Shown here in pieces: positions 36,230 through 44,610 of a stretch of 44,610 bases of DNA. The position numbers and the translations under genes are program-made. Origin of the DNA: an uncultured cyanobacterium (GTDB taxonomy: Bacteria; Cyanobacteriota; Cyanobacteriia; Cyanobacteriales; CAWCAG01); the NCBI GenBank assembly GCA_963793425.1, contig CAWCAG010000004.1:1-44610 (forward strand), read 5' to 3'. A model generated the notes under the pieces. The model was not told the DNA's origin. It did no database searches and saw nothing but the letters and a program-made list of their open reading frames with translations. The first letter of the stretch is position 1; each line of letters begins with the position of its first letter.

Positions 36230-36727
36230 TTATCTTTCAAAACTAAAGCGACCGTTAACTTTTTCACCATCAACTTCGGAAAGAATAGCTACTTTGTATT
36301 CTCCTGCTACTTTTTCTGGAAGTATAGCGTGATAATGTTTTTCATCAGCTTCATATTCAAGGGGGATTGATTTTTGCTCCCCATTAGGTAACTGAACTTG
36401 AGCCATTACTTGAGCATTGCTGATTTTTTCGTGTTTTTCACCTTTTTCTAAATAAAAATCCATATGGGTTCCATCATCACTTGGTTCTGTAACAAGTTCT
36501 AAATGATATTGACCGGATTCTATAACTTGACCACCGTGAGAATGTTCCCCTTCTTTTTCACCGTCAGAATGGTCATGACCGTCATTCTCTGAGTGGCCTT
36601 TCTGTGCCACGGTTTCAGTTTGATTTGCCTCTGAATCTTCTGAATTTGCAGTTCGATTACTACAAGCGCCTACAAAAATTAATCCTATACTACCTAAAAT
36701 AATCGCACTTAGTTTTAGAGATTGCAT
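36230..36727 (-). CDS. His-rich lipoprotein associated with the RND pump
   Basis: Lipobox VGAC; GHSENDGHDHS...HSHGGQVIESGQYHLELV. Confidence 0.8.
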   Translation of the reverse strand: MQSLKLSAIILGSIGLIFVGACSNRTANSEDSEANQTETVAQKGHSENDGHDHSDGEKEGEHSHGGQVIESGQYHLELVTEPSDDGTHMDFYLEKGEKHEKISNAQVMAQVQLPNGEQKSIPLEYEADEKHYHAILPEKVAGEYKVAILSEVDGEKVNGRFSFER

Positions 36728-36820
36728 TTTTTTGATTCCTTGATTTTTCAGAATATAATTTATTAACGCAAAGGAACGCTAAGAAGTAATTTAAGTGTTA
36801 GTTTTTTAGTTTTTAAATAT

Positions 36821-39800
36821 TCATCTCCTCTTACTATTATTGAGAATAGTTAAATCTTGATTCGCAGTAATTTCTGAAGCGGTTTCCATCTGAACTACGG
36901 CTGAATTTTGCTTGGGTATTAAATACTTGCCGAATTTACTATACAAAGCTGGAAGCACCAACAAAGTTAAAGCTGTAGAAGTAAACAAACCACCCAATAC
37001 AACTATCGCTAAAGGTTGTAAAATTTCTTTACCCGCACCAGTTCCAATTACCAGAGGAACCATACCCAATGCAGATGTTAAAGCTGTCATTAAAATAGCA
37101 ACAAGTCTTTCCATTGAACCTTGAGAAATTACTTCTCGTAAAGGCATTCCCATTGCAAATTTGCTGTTATAGTTTTCTACTAAAAGCAAACCGTTACGGG
37201 TAGCTACACCGAATAAAGTAATAAATCCCACCATTGATGCTACCGAAAGAATACCACCACCCAAAGCCACGGAAAAAACTCCACCGGCTAATGCTAAAGG
37301 TAGATTACTCATAATCATCAAGGTTGCTGGTATTGATTTGACTGCGAAGTACATCAAAACAGCAATTAAAACCATTGATAAACCTCCAAATATAAGGAAA
37401 TTTTGGGAGGCTCGTTGTTCCGATTCAAATTGACCGCCATACTGAATAAAATAACCAGATGGTACTTGTACTTGCTCTTTGACTTTGGCGCGAATTTCAT
37501 CCACAGCAGAACCCAAGTCTCTACCGGAAACGTTTGTAGAAACAACTATTAAGCGGGAAACATTTTCTCGGTTAATGGTATTGGGACCAGTTCCGTAGTC
37601 AATTTTTGCTACTGCTGCTAAAGGTATTTTCTGTCCGTTGGGAGTATCGACAAGTAAATTGCGAATTGTGTCTAAGTTGTTGCGTGCTTCTGGTTTTAAC
37701 CACACCAATAAATCAAAAAGCTGCTGTTTCTCTAATACCTGAGATACTACCCGACCATTTAATGCAGTTTCAGTGATTGACGATAAATCTCCTACAGAAA
37801 GACCGTAACGAGCCGCAGCATCGCGGTCAAATTGAATTTGCACCTGGTTTATGGGTACTTGCGGTTCTAGCTGCAAGTCTACTAAACCAGGAATATCTTG
37901 CATTACAGCTTCTACTTCTTTCCCCAAAGCACGTAACTCTTCGAGTTCCAGACCGAATATTTTCACGGCGATCGCACTTCTGACACCGGATAAAATTTCA
38001 TCCATGCGGTGAGAAATAAAACCTCCTATAACCCCTACAGAACCAGGTATTTTGGCGAATTCTTCCCTAACTTTTTCTACTGTTGCTTCCCTATCTTTCA
38101 TTCCTACATCGCTAATCTCAATATCGAAGTGTGTCAAGTTGACGGGTGCTGCATCCGCATCTCCAGGAGCGCGTCCGGAACGCATTTGTACTGATGTAAT
38201 CCGGGGGTCATCTTTGAGTGCTGCTTCAATTGCGTTTCCAGCTTGGTTGGTAATTTCCAAAGATGTACCGGGATAAAGCAGCATGGAATTTACTAAAGTA
38301 CGCTCCTGAAATTCCGGTAAAAATACTCGTCCCAAATTTGTAAAAATGACCATTGATGCTACAAAAGCCGCAACAGCAGTTAAAATTACCACGTTGCAAC
38401 GTTTTATAGAAAAATTCAATAGGGGACGGTATAGCTTTTGCGACCAGCGAGTTAACCAGGTTTCATCATCCCGCAGTCTCTTTTTAGTTAGCAGTATGGC
38501 ACATAACGCCGGGGATAAAGTCATTGCTACCAAGGTTGAAGATAAAATTGATACTAAATAAGCCCAACCCATCGGTGCGAAAATCCGACCTTCTACCCCA
38601 GTTAAGGTAAAAATTGGTGCGAAAACTACGGCTATAATTACTGTCGAAAAAATAACGCTGGTTCTTACCTGTACTGAAGTGTCAAATACCACCTCGAAAG
38701 GATGTACGGGATTTTCTGCTTGCTGGTTTTCTCGCAATCCCCGGTAGGCATTTTCCATATCAACAATAGAATCATCAACTACCGAACCGATAGCTACTAC
38801 CAAACCTCCCAAAGTCATAGTATTAATACCTTGACCAAAGAAATTGAGAATCATCATCCCAATTAACACCGACAAAGGAATAGCGCTAAGGGTAATAATT
38901 GCAGTGCGCCAATTCATCAAAAACATCAGCAAAATAATTGAAACAATTATCGTGCCATCCCTGAGAGAACTGGTAACATTTTTTATAGCATCATCAATAA
39001 AATTTTGCTGGCGAAAAGTAACCGTGTACTTAACATTGGCAGGTAAGCTCGGCTTAAGTTCTTCCATCGCCGTTTCTACAGCCTGACTTACTGTAGGAGT
39101 ATCAGCTTGGGGTTGTTTGTTAACCATCACTACAACCGCAGGCTGAGTATTAAAACTACCATCACCCCGCTTTAATGCCGCACCAATTTGCACATCGGCG
39201 ATATCTCTTAATAATACAGGAGTACCATCACGAGCGGTAACAACTGACTTCTGCAAATCCTCAATTTCAGTAACTCTTCCGATACCGCGAATTAATAACT
39301 CCTTATCTGGGTCAATTAAAAAACCACCAGCCGCATTATTATTAGCTTTTCTCGCAGCTGCGGTAACTTGTTCTAAAGAAACATTAAAAGCCTTTAGTTT
39401 AGCCGGATCAACTAAAACTTGATATTGGCGGATATCTCCCCCATAAGCAATTAATTGAGAAACACCCGGAACAGCAAGCAGACGGTTTGTCACAACCAAA
39501 TCAACAAATCGTCTCACCTCCATCATGTCAGTTGTGGTTTTCCCTTCTTTTGAATCGATAGTAAAAGCATAGGAAAGTACTGTTCCGATGGGAGAACTAA
39601 TCGGAGAAATTTGTGGTGGTTCGATATTTTCTGGCAGTTTTTGCGACGCTTGCTGTAATCTTTCAGTGACTAACTGACGGGCTTGATAAATATCTGTACC
39701 CCAATTAAAGATAACTTTGACCACAGAAATACCAACCCCAGAAGAAGAACGCACGGTTTCTACACCAGGAGTGCCATTAACAGCGCTTTCAATCGGCAAA

Positions 39801-39997
39801 CTAATTAAAGATTCGACCTCTTCGGGAGCTAACCCTGGTGCTTCGGTTTGAATTTCTACTTGGGGTGGAGCAAAGTTAGGAAAAACATCCAAAGGCATTT
39901 GAGTTAGGTTGTAAACTCCTAACATCATGACAATCATTGCTCCAATCACCACCAGCCACCGCTGTACAATCGACCATTTCAGAATGTTATCAATCAT
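36821..39997 (-). CDS. Heavy-metal efflux RND transporter (CzcA/CusA/NrsA family)
   Basis: 1058 aa; LDVFPNFAPPQVEIQTEAPG, AIGSVVDDSIVDMEN, VEGRIFAPM, RNGLLLV, ILMTALTS, GKEILQPLA. Confidence 0.95.
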   Translation of the reverse strand: MIDNILKWSIVQRWLVVIGAMIVMMLGVYNLTQMPLDVFPNFAPPQVEIQTEAPGLAPEEVESLISLPIESAVNGTPGVETVRSSSGVGISVVKVIFNWGTDIYQARQLVTERLQQASQKLPENIEPPQISPISSPIGTVLSYAFTIDSKEGKTTTDMMEVRRFVDLVVTNRLLAVPGVSQLIAYGGDIRQYQVLVDPAKLKAFNVSLEQVTAAARKANNNAAGGFLIDPDKELLIRGIGRVTEIEDLQKSVVTARDGTPVLLRDIADVQIGAALKRGDGSFNTQPAVVVMVNKQPQADTPTVSQAVETAMEELKPSLPANVKYTVTFRQQNFIDDAIKNVTSSLRDGTIIVSIILLMFLMNWRTAIITLSAIPLSVLIGMMILNFFGQGINTMTLGGLVVAIGSVVDDSIVDMENAYRGLRENQQAENPVHPFEVVFDTSVQVRTSVIFSTVIIAVVFAPIFTLTGVEGRIFAPMGWAYLVSILSSTLVAMTLSPALCAILLTKKRLRDDETWLTRWSQKLYRPLLNFSIKRCNVVILTAVAAFVASMVIFTNLGRVFLPEFQERTLVNSMLLYPGTSLEITNQAGNAIEAALKDDPRITSVQMRSGRAPGDADAAPVNLTHFDIEISDVGMKDREATVEKVREEFAKIPGSVGVIGGFISHRMDEILSGVRSAIAVKIFGLELEELRALGKEVEAVMQDIPGLVDLQLEPQVPINQVQIQFDRDAAARYGLSVGDLSSITETALNGRVVSQVLEKQQLFDLLVWLKPEARNNLDTIRNLLVDTPNGQKIPLAAVAKIDYGTGPNTINRENVSRLIVVSTNVSGRDLGSAVDEIRAKVKEQVQVPSGYFIQYGGQFESEQRASQNFLIFGGLSMVLIAVLMYFAVKSIPATLMIMSNLPLALAGGVFSVALGGGILSVASMVGFITLFGVATRNGLLLVENYNSKFAMGMPLREVISQGSMERLVAILMTALTSALGMVPLVIGTGAGKEILQPLAIVVLGGLFTSTALTLLVLPALYSKFGKYLIPKQNSAVVQMETASEITANQDLTILNNSKRR

Positions 39998-40005
39998 GAT
40001 ACAGT

Positions 40006-41724
40006 TTATGATTCGGAATTATTTTTTGAGGTGGATTCTAGCTGAGCAATTTGAGTTGTTGGTTCGCGATGGTTATTTTCAATGTCATCAAAATTTTGAT
40101 GTTGAATATCTTCTTCTAATTCCGTTGATGTAACATATTCATTACCTAACCCTCCTGCGTAAGCTGCAACCATGCGTCTTTGGCTGCGACGACCAGATAT
40201 GGTTCCTACTGCAAAAGCACCACCAGCAACAATTGTTCCTCCCAAGGTCGCGATTAACCATAAAGGTAGAGGAAAGTTACTAGTATTAGTTTCTTCCGAA
40301 AGGGAGTCTTCTTCTTCCGAGTGGTCATCTTCATTTGCACCATTACCCCTTAAAGACTGAGCATAAAGTTGCGTAGCACGTTGAGTAACTACTGCATCAC
40401 CTTCAAATAAACCACTTGTAACTTCAATTAAATCCCCAGAAGTTTGACCAAATTCAGGTTCAACAGATTGAAAAGCGTTACCATTCTTGACATAGATGAT
40501 CTTTTTACCATTAGCATCCACGATAGCAGAAGTAGGAATTGCCAAAACTGCCACAGGTGTCTTATCCGTAACCACCTCCAACTCCGCAAACATTCCTGGT
40601 TTAAGTTGTCCGTTAGCGTTATTAATTTCAGCTTGTACGGGTACTACTTGGGTTTCTCCTTCCACCACCGAGCCAATTCGCTTAATTCTACCCGTAAAAA
40701 TTTGATTGGGTACGCTAGCAACCTTTACATTCACTGGTTGACCAATTTCTACTTTATCTAAATCTTTTTCGTAAATACTTGCTGTAGCAAAAACCTCGCG
40801 GTCATTAACAATCGTCATCAACTGACTACCCGATTCTTCAAAAGATTGACCGATGGTTACTTGTCTTTCAGCAACTTGACCGGAAATAGGAGCCGTCACC
40901 GTTATCAATCCTTTATCGTTAGCAATAGCTCCTAGTTGAGCTAGTCGAGTTTGATAAGTACTATTACTAAGACTAATACGTTCTTTTGCTACTTTAACAG
41001 ATGCTTGAGCGCGTTGAAGTTGATTTTCTGCTTCAATAACGTCTCCGCGACGGTTAGCTCTAGCAAGTTCCGCTTGAGCCTGCACTAACTGAGTTTGAGA
41101 CTCTAAAGCAGTGCGACGTGGTAAAGCACCGTTATCAGCCAATGACTTATCTTTGCTATATTTTTCTTGAGCAAATGCAACTTGACTTTGTGCTTGTGCT
41201 ATTTCTGCTTTAGCGATATCTTGATAGCGATTGTAATTTTGCTTGGCTAACTTTAAATCCGCTAAAGCTTGTTGTAAATCTGCTTGAGCCTGTGCTAATC
41301 TCTCTTGGGATTCAACTCGTAAATTTACGAAATCTGGACTGGTGACAACAGCAACAGGTGAACCTGTTGTCACTGTTGTACCTGGTTCGGCTAATAACTC
41401 AACTACTTTAGCCCCAGGAATTGGTGTTGTAACTTCTACTTGGTTACTTGGTAAAGCCTCGATTCTCCCTGTCGTCTTAATACCAGTATCTAAACGCTGA
41501 CGTTCTACAGATTCAACTTTAATTCCTAAGCGTTTCGCTGTTTGCTCATCAACTTGTACTTGTCCATTCACCTCGCTTCCAGCTTGAAACGCACCACTTC
41601 CGTGGTCGTGACCAGCACCAGCCCATACAGATGTTGGAACGCTTGTTAAAACTAGGCTTAACGCTAGAGTAGAAACAAAATTAAGAACAGAAGCAGAATC
41701 TTGAAAACGGTTGGATATTTGCAT
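40006..41724 (-). CDS. RND periplasmic adaptor (membrane fusion protein) with His motifs and an extra C-terminal TM helix
   Basis: Signal peptide then GAGHDHG; lipoyl halves VTTPIPG/VTAPISGQV around a long helical hairpin; LKPGMFA; GLFEGDAVV. Confidence 0.92.
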   Translation of the reverse strand: MQISNRFQDSASVLNFVSTLALSLVLTSVPTSVWAGAGHDHGSGAFQAGSEVNGQVQVDEQTAKRLGIKVESVERQRLDTGIKTTGRIEALPSNQVEVTTPIPGAKVVELLAEPGTTVTTGSPVAVVTSPDFVNLRVESQERLAQAQADLQQALADLKLAKQNYNRYQDIAKAEIAQAQSQVAFAQEKYSKDKSLADNGALPRRTALESQTQLVQAQAELARANRRGDVIEAENQLQRAQASVKVAKERISLSNSTYQTRLAQLGAIANDKGLITVTAPISGQVAERQVTIGQSFEESGSQLMTIVNDREVFATASIYEKDLDKVEIGQPVNVKVASVPNQIFTGRIKRIGSVVEGETQVVPVQAEINNANGQLKPGMFAELEVVTDKTPVAVLAIPTSAIVDANGKKIIYVKNGNAFQSVEPEFGQTSGDLIEVTSGLFEGDAVVTQRATQLYAQSLRGNGANEDDHSEEEDSLSEETNTSNFPLPLWLIATLGGTIVAGGAFAVGTISGRRSQRRMVAAYAGGLGNEYVTSTELEEDIQHQNFDDIENNHREPTTQIAQLESTSKNNSES

Positions 41725-41877
41725 AAAACAATCTTCTTTGTGCGACTAGAACATCTCTCGGATGCTGGTGTTAGGAATCAAGGTAGATAACTTATACCTT
41801 TGGCATTGATTAAGATACTCCTGTAGTTACAGCAAGCTATTTTATGTAAGTTTCTTTTCTAATTCTTCCACACTTAA

Positions 41878-41894
41878 ATGAAAAGGCAGTGAAA
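41878..41894 (-). promoter_or_regulatory. CopR/NrsR-type box upstream of the RND operon
   Basis: Minus strand TTTCAC-TGCCT-TTTCAT, followed 10 nt later by AAGAAT. Confidence 0.65.
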
Positions 41895-42032
41895 TTTTAG
41901 GTTAAAATCTCTAGCCAACTAGAGCTTAAACAAGTTGTCATAAAAAGCGGATGCCCTAACAGGCGTTTTATCTATTGGCGCGTTGTTCCTCGTTCCTCCC
42001 TATACTTAAAAATAGGGGCATCCCGACGCGCA

Positions 42033-42620
42033 TCATCGGTGACTAATGTGCAAGCGACCAGAGCCAAGGTACTTTCCAAGGCTATCTTCTCCCTCTGGGT
42101 AAGCAGTTAAACCAAATAAGTAAACTCCTCCTGTTCTGGGATTACGCTTAGGTTTAACAACAACTGTTACTGTGTTGCCGGGGGAAACAGGCTGCTCAAA
42201 AATCACTGTAACCTCTCCCTCTCCAAGTTCAGCATTTGTCTCTACAGTCGCCAGGGATAGTTTTTCTCCTCGTGCGAAGCGATCACCTATAAAAGCACTA
42301 CTTTCTTCTGTTTTAAACTCAACAATATCTGCAAAGTATTTTCTTTGTTCAATTTTAATGGCTTTGAGTGGCTCTCCAGCATCTTCGGAAATTTCTAAGG
42401 TGAAGTAATACTTAGCAAGGCTATTGCCACGCTTAGTAAAATTAGCATATGTATTAATTAAACGCAGACTACCCTCAAAAGCAGTTTGTCCATTGCTAAG
42501 TTCCACTGCCATAGTTAGTGCGTTACTTTGTGGTAGAAAGATGGTCAGAAGCAAAGCGCTACCAACGACTAAGCTAGTTTTAGTTAGTAGTAATTTAAAG
42601 TTAGTAAATATTTGAGACAT
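42033..42620 (-). CDS. DUF2808-like exported cyanobacterial protein
   Basis: YYFTLEISEDAGEPLKAIKIEQ...PVSPGNTVTVVVKPKRNPRTGGVYLFGLTAYPEG...YLGSGRL; ATG 42620 with SD AAGGTGAG. Confidence 0.8.
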   Translation of the reverse strand: MSQIFTNFKLLLTKTSLVVGSALLLTIFLPQSNALTMAVELSNGQTAFEGSLRLINTYANFTKRGNSLAKYYFTLEISEDAGEPLKAIKIEQRKYFADIVEFKTEESSAFIGDRFARGEKLSLATVETNAELGEGEVTVIFEQPVSPGNTVTVVVKPKRNPRTGGVYLFGLTAYPEGEDSLGKYLGSGRLHISHR

Positions 42621-42665
42621 TATTCTCACCTTTTAGTTCTCCTATACTCATAGTTCTTCCTGCAA

Positions 42666-42682
42666 ATGAAATTAGAGTGAAA
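42666..42682 (-). promoter_or_regulatory. CopR/NrsR-type box upstream of the DUF2808 gene
   Basis: Minus strand TTTCAC-TCTAA-TTTCAT. Confidence 0.65.
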
Positions 42683-43416
42683 TTCTCAATTGTAGTTGCT
42701 ATGCCTTAGTTGAACAAACCTCAACGTGAAGGTATCAGAAAAAGGTAGTAATAGAGAGTAATTGAGAGGTAATCTTTAGCTAGCAAAGTAAGTCAATATA
42801 AGTAAAAACAAAGCAACAATAAAATTAAGAATAATCAAAAAACAATTAGAGTAATAAAGATAGATGTAGAAGGGCTTAAAAGAAGTAAAAGAAAGTTCAA
42901 AAAAGCCAGAAACCAGACAGAGAAAGAGAAGTAAATCAGAAATTTACAGAAAGTAAAATAAAGCAACAGAAAGTCGTAAAAGTGTGAGTAAACAATCTCG
43001 TAAAAGTGAAGATAAAAAAGAGAAAAAGAAGAGATAAATAAAAAACCAACGACCACAAAGAAAATAATTAATAAATACAAAGAAACCTTGAAACTTTTAT
43101 CTGACAGGGTATAGAAGGATTTAAAAGCAAAAATAAGGAAAAAGAAATAATGATAAGAACACATAATATAGTAAAAAGAATAAATTGTCAAATCAGCAAG
43201 TAAAGTAAAATGTGAGCAAAGCACAAAGACAGCTAGTAAAATAGAAAAATAAATTCATAAATCGAGAACAAAACAACCTTTATTTTGTAACTAGTTCGGA
43301 GATGAAATAACTAGTAACGATGTAGAAATAAGATACATTAGTAATAAATAAAAAGAAGATGTGAGGGTGCAATAAGAACATCAATATTCTTCAAATAGCA
43401 TCAGGGAGGAAGAAAG

Positions 43417-44610
43417 ATGAACTGGGTAACAGAAGAACTTAAGTATGCAGACTTAGGGGATACAAGGAGAAACAAACGGTTAGTAAAAATAGTAGAAGAC
43501 CTAGCAGATCAACCTAACGTCAGCGTCATTTCAGTTATCAGTTATCAGTTATCAGTTGGGGCTAATAGGGCAGAAAGTGTGGGCTAGAGAGAAAAAGCAT
43601 CGTAGTCTAGAAGAAGGACATATAAAAGACGTAGAGAAGCGGGAGTCTCAACGCTGGATAGAAAGCCTAGAAAAGAGTCAAGAAGCATTGCCAGAAGGAG
43701 TAAAAGGAATAACAGTCGCAGATAGAGAAGCAGATATTCATAGGCTTCTGGTCAGGCATAAACACTTAGGAGCAGACTTTATCATTAGAGCTTGCCAGAA
43801 TAGGCGAAGCATAGAACTAATCAATAGAAAAGGCAGAAAACAACCGCTATGGGACGCAGTGCGCTCCCTTCCTAGAAAAGGCAAAATAACTATCAAACTA
43901 CAGAGAACGCCAAAGAGGAAAAAAGTCAGGACAGCAGAACTGTCTCTAAGGTATGGAACAGTACCATTAAGGCCACCAGAGTCAGCATCAGCAGAAGAAA
44001 AAAAAGAAAAGCTAACAACTCAAGTAATACTGGCAGAAGAAGAAAATCCGCCACCGGGAGAAGAGCCAGTAGTGTGGCTATTACTAACAAGTTTAGAAGT
44101 AAACAGCTTCTCCCAAAGCGAGAAAATCTTAGAACTGTACTCTTACCGTTGGTTAATAGAGCGATATCATTACACCTTAAAGAGTGGCTGTAACCTAGAA
44201 AAACTGCAACTAAAAAGAGCAGATTGTATAGAAAGAGCCTTAGAAACCTACAGCATAGTAGCTTGGAGACTCCTATGGCTAATCTACTCCTCAAGGGAAA
44301 ACCCAGAGCAAGCAGCAACAGTAGCCTTAAGCGAAGAAGAATGTTGTTCACTCAGGTACATAGTAAACAGAGACACCATAGAAGAAATATCTGTACCAAG
44401 TCTAGGAGAATGTGTTAGCTCGATAGCTTCTCTAGGGGGATTTTTGGGAAGGAAATGCGATGGGGAACCAGGAGTAAAAACATTATGGCGAGGGATGCAA
44501 AGATTGAAAAATATAGCCTGGGCATGGACAACGCTCTGGTCAAGTATAATAGAGCCGCTAATGGAGCAGTTAGAAGAGCTTGGGAAAATATTAAAAGCAG
44601 CTTACTGCCT
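43417..44610 (+). pseudogene. IS4-family (IS50/Tn5-like) transposase with internal deletion and frameshift; runs off the window
   Basis: MNWVTEELKYADLGDTRRNKRLVKIVEDLADQPNVS from 43417. After a break at about 43528-43555 another frame reads LGLIGQKVWAR...VADREADI...FIIRA...WLLLT...YSYRWLIERYHYTLKSG (YREK)...LGGFLGRKCDGEPGVKTLWRG and stays open to the window end. Confidence 0.88.
43530..43557. repeat. Heptamer tandem repeat (TCAGTTA, about 4 copies) at the transposase break point
   Basis: TTCAGTTATCAGTTATCAGTTATCAGTT. Confidence 0.85.

Noticed and set aside
42835..43224. 129-aa F/L-rich ORF as a membrane protein
   Set aside because: Hydrophobicity is a by-product of the T-rich minus strand of a low-complexity tract.
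43926..44418. ORFs 43926..44351 (-) and 44224..44418 (+)
   Set aside because: Shadows of the IS4 transposase frame, which the ORF track missed because it has no stop within the window.
1..44610. tRNA, rRNA or known riboswitches
   Set aside because: None recognised by eye; a covariance-model search (Infernal/Rfam, tRNAscan-SE) would be needed to exclude them.

Overview
Cyanobacterial plasmid-type DNA (16 HIP1 GCGATCGC octamers counted by eye) in three parts. (1) Backbone, about 1-13.5 kb. It holds a large zinc-finger/primase/helicase Rep gene (CyRepA1-like) broken by about five frameshifts, a candidate origin and an RHH regulator. It also holds an uncharacterised five-gene operon ending in a membrane-anchored FtsK/HerA-like ATPase, a HicB-like/VapC toxin-antitoxin pair, a Xer-like recombinase with an adjacent dif-like site, and parAB with a perfect 30-bp palindrome. 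(2) Multi-metal resistance island, about 13.6-42.7 kb. Copper genes: PcoA/PcoB-type copAB, a second multicopper oxidase, DUF411, a Cys-rich Cu-storage protein, DUF305, CopZ and a cupredoxin. Transporters: three P1B ATPases of different subclasses, a DmeF-type CDF and a heavy-metal RND pump. Also a merA-less Trx-MerR-MerF-FeS operon, ZiaR and two paralogous CopRS/NrsRS-like two-component systems. Much of the cis-regulatory wiring is readable: four MerR-type TTGACT-N20-TAAG(C/A)T promoters, five TTTCA(T/C)-N5-TTTCAT boxes and one SmtB/ZiaR operator. (3) An A-rich degenerate tract and a deleted IS4/IS50-like transposase at the right end. Best candidates for undescribed systems are the repeat-flanked five-gene ATPase operon (5235-9343) and the merA-less MerF/redox operon (30072-31520). 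All calls come from motif recognition by eye; no searches were run.
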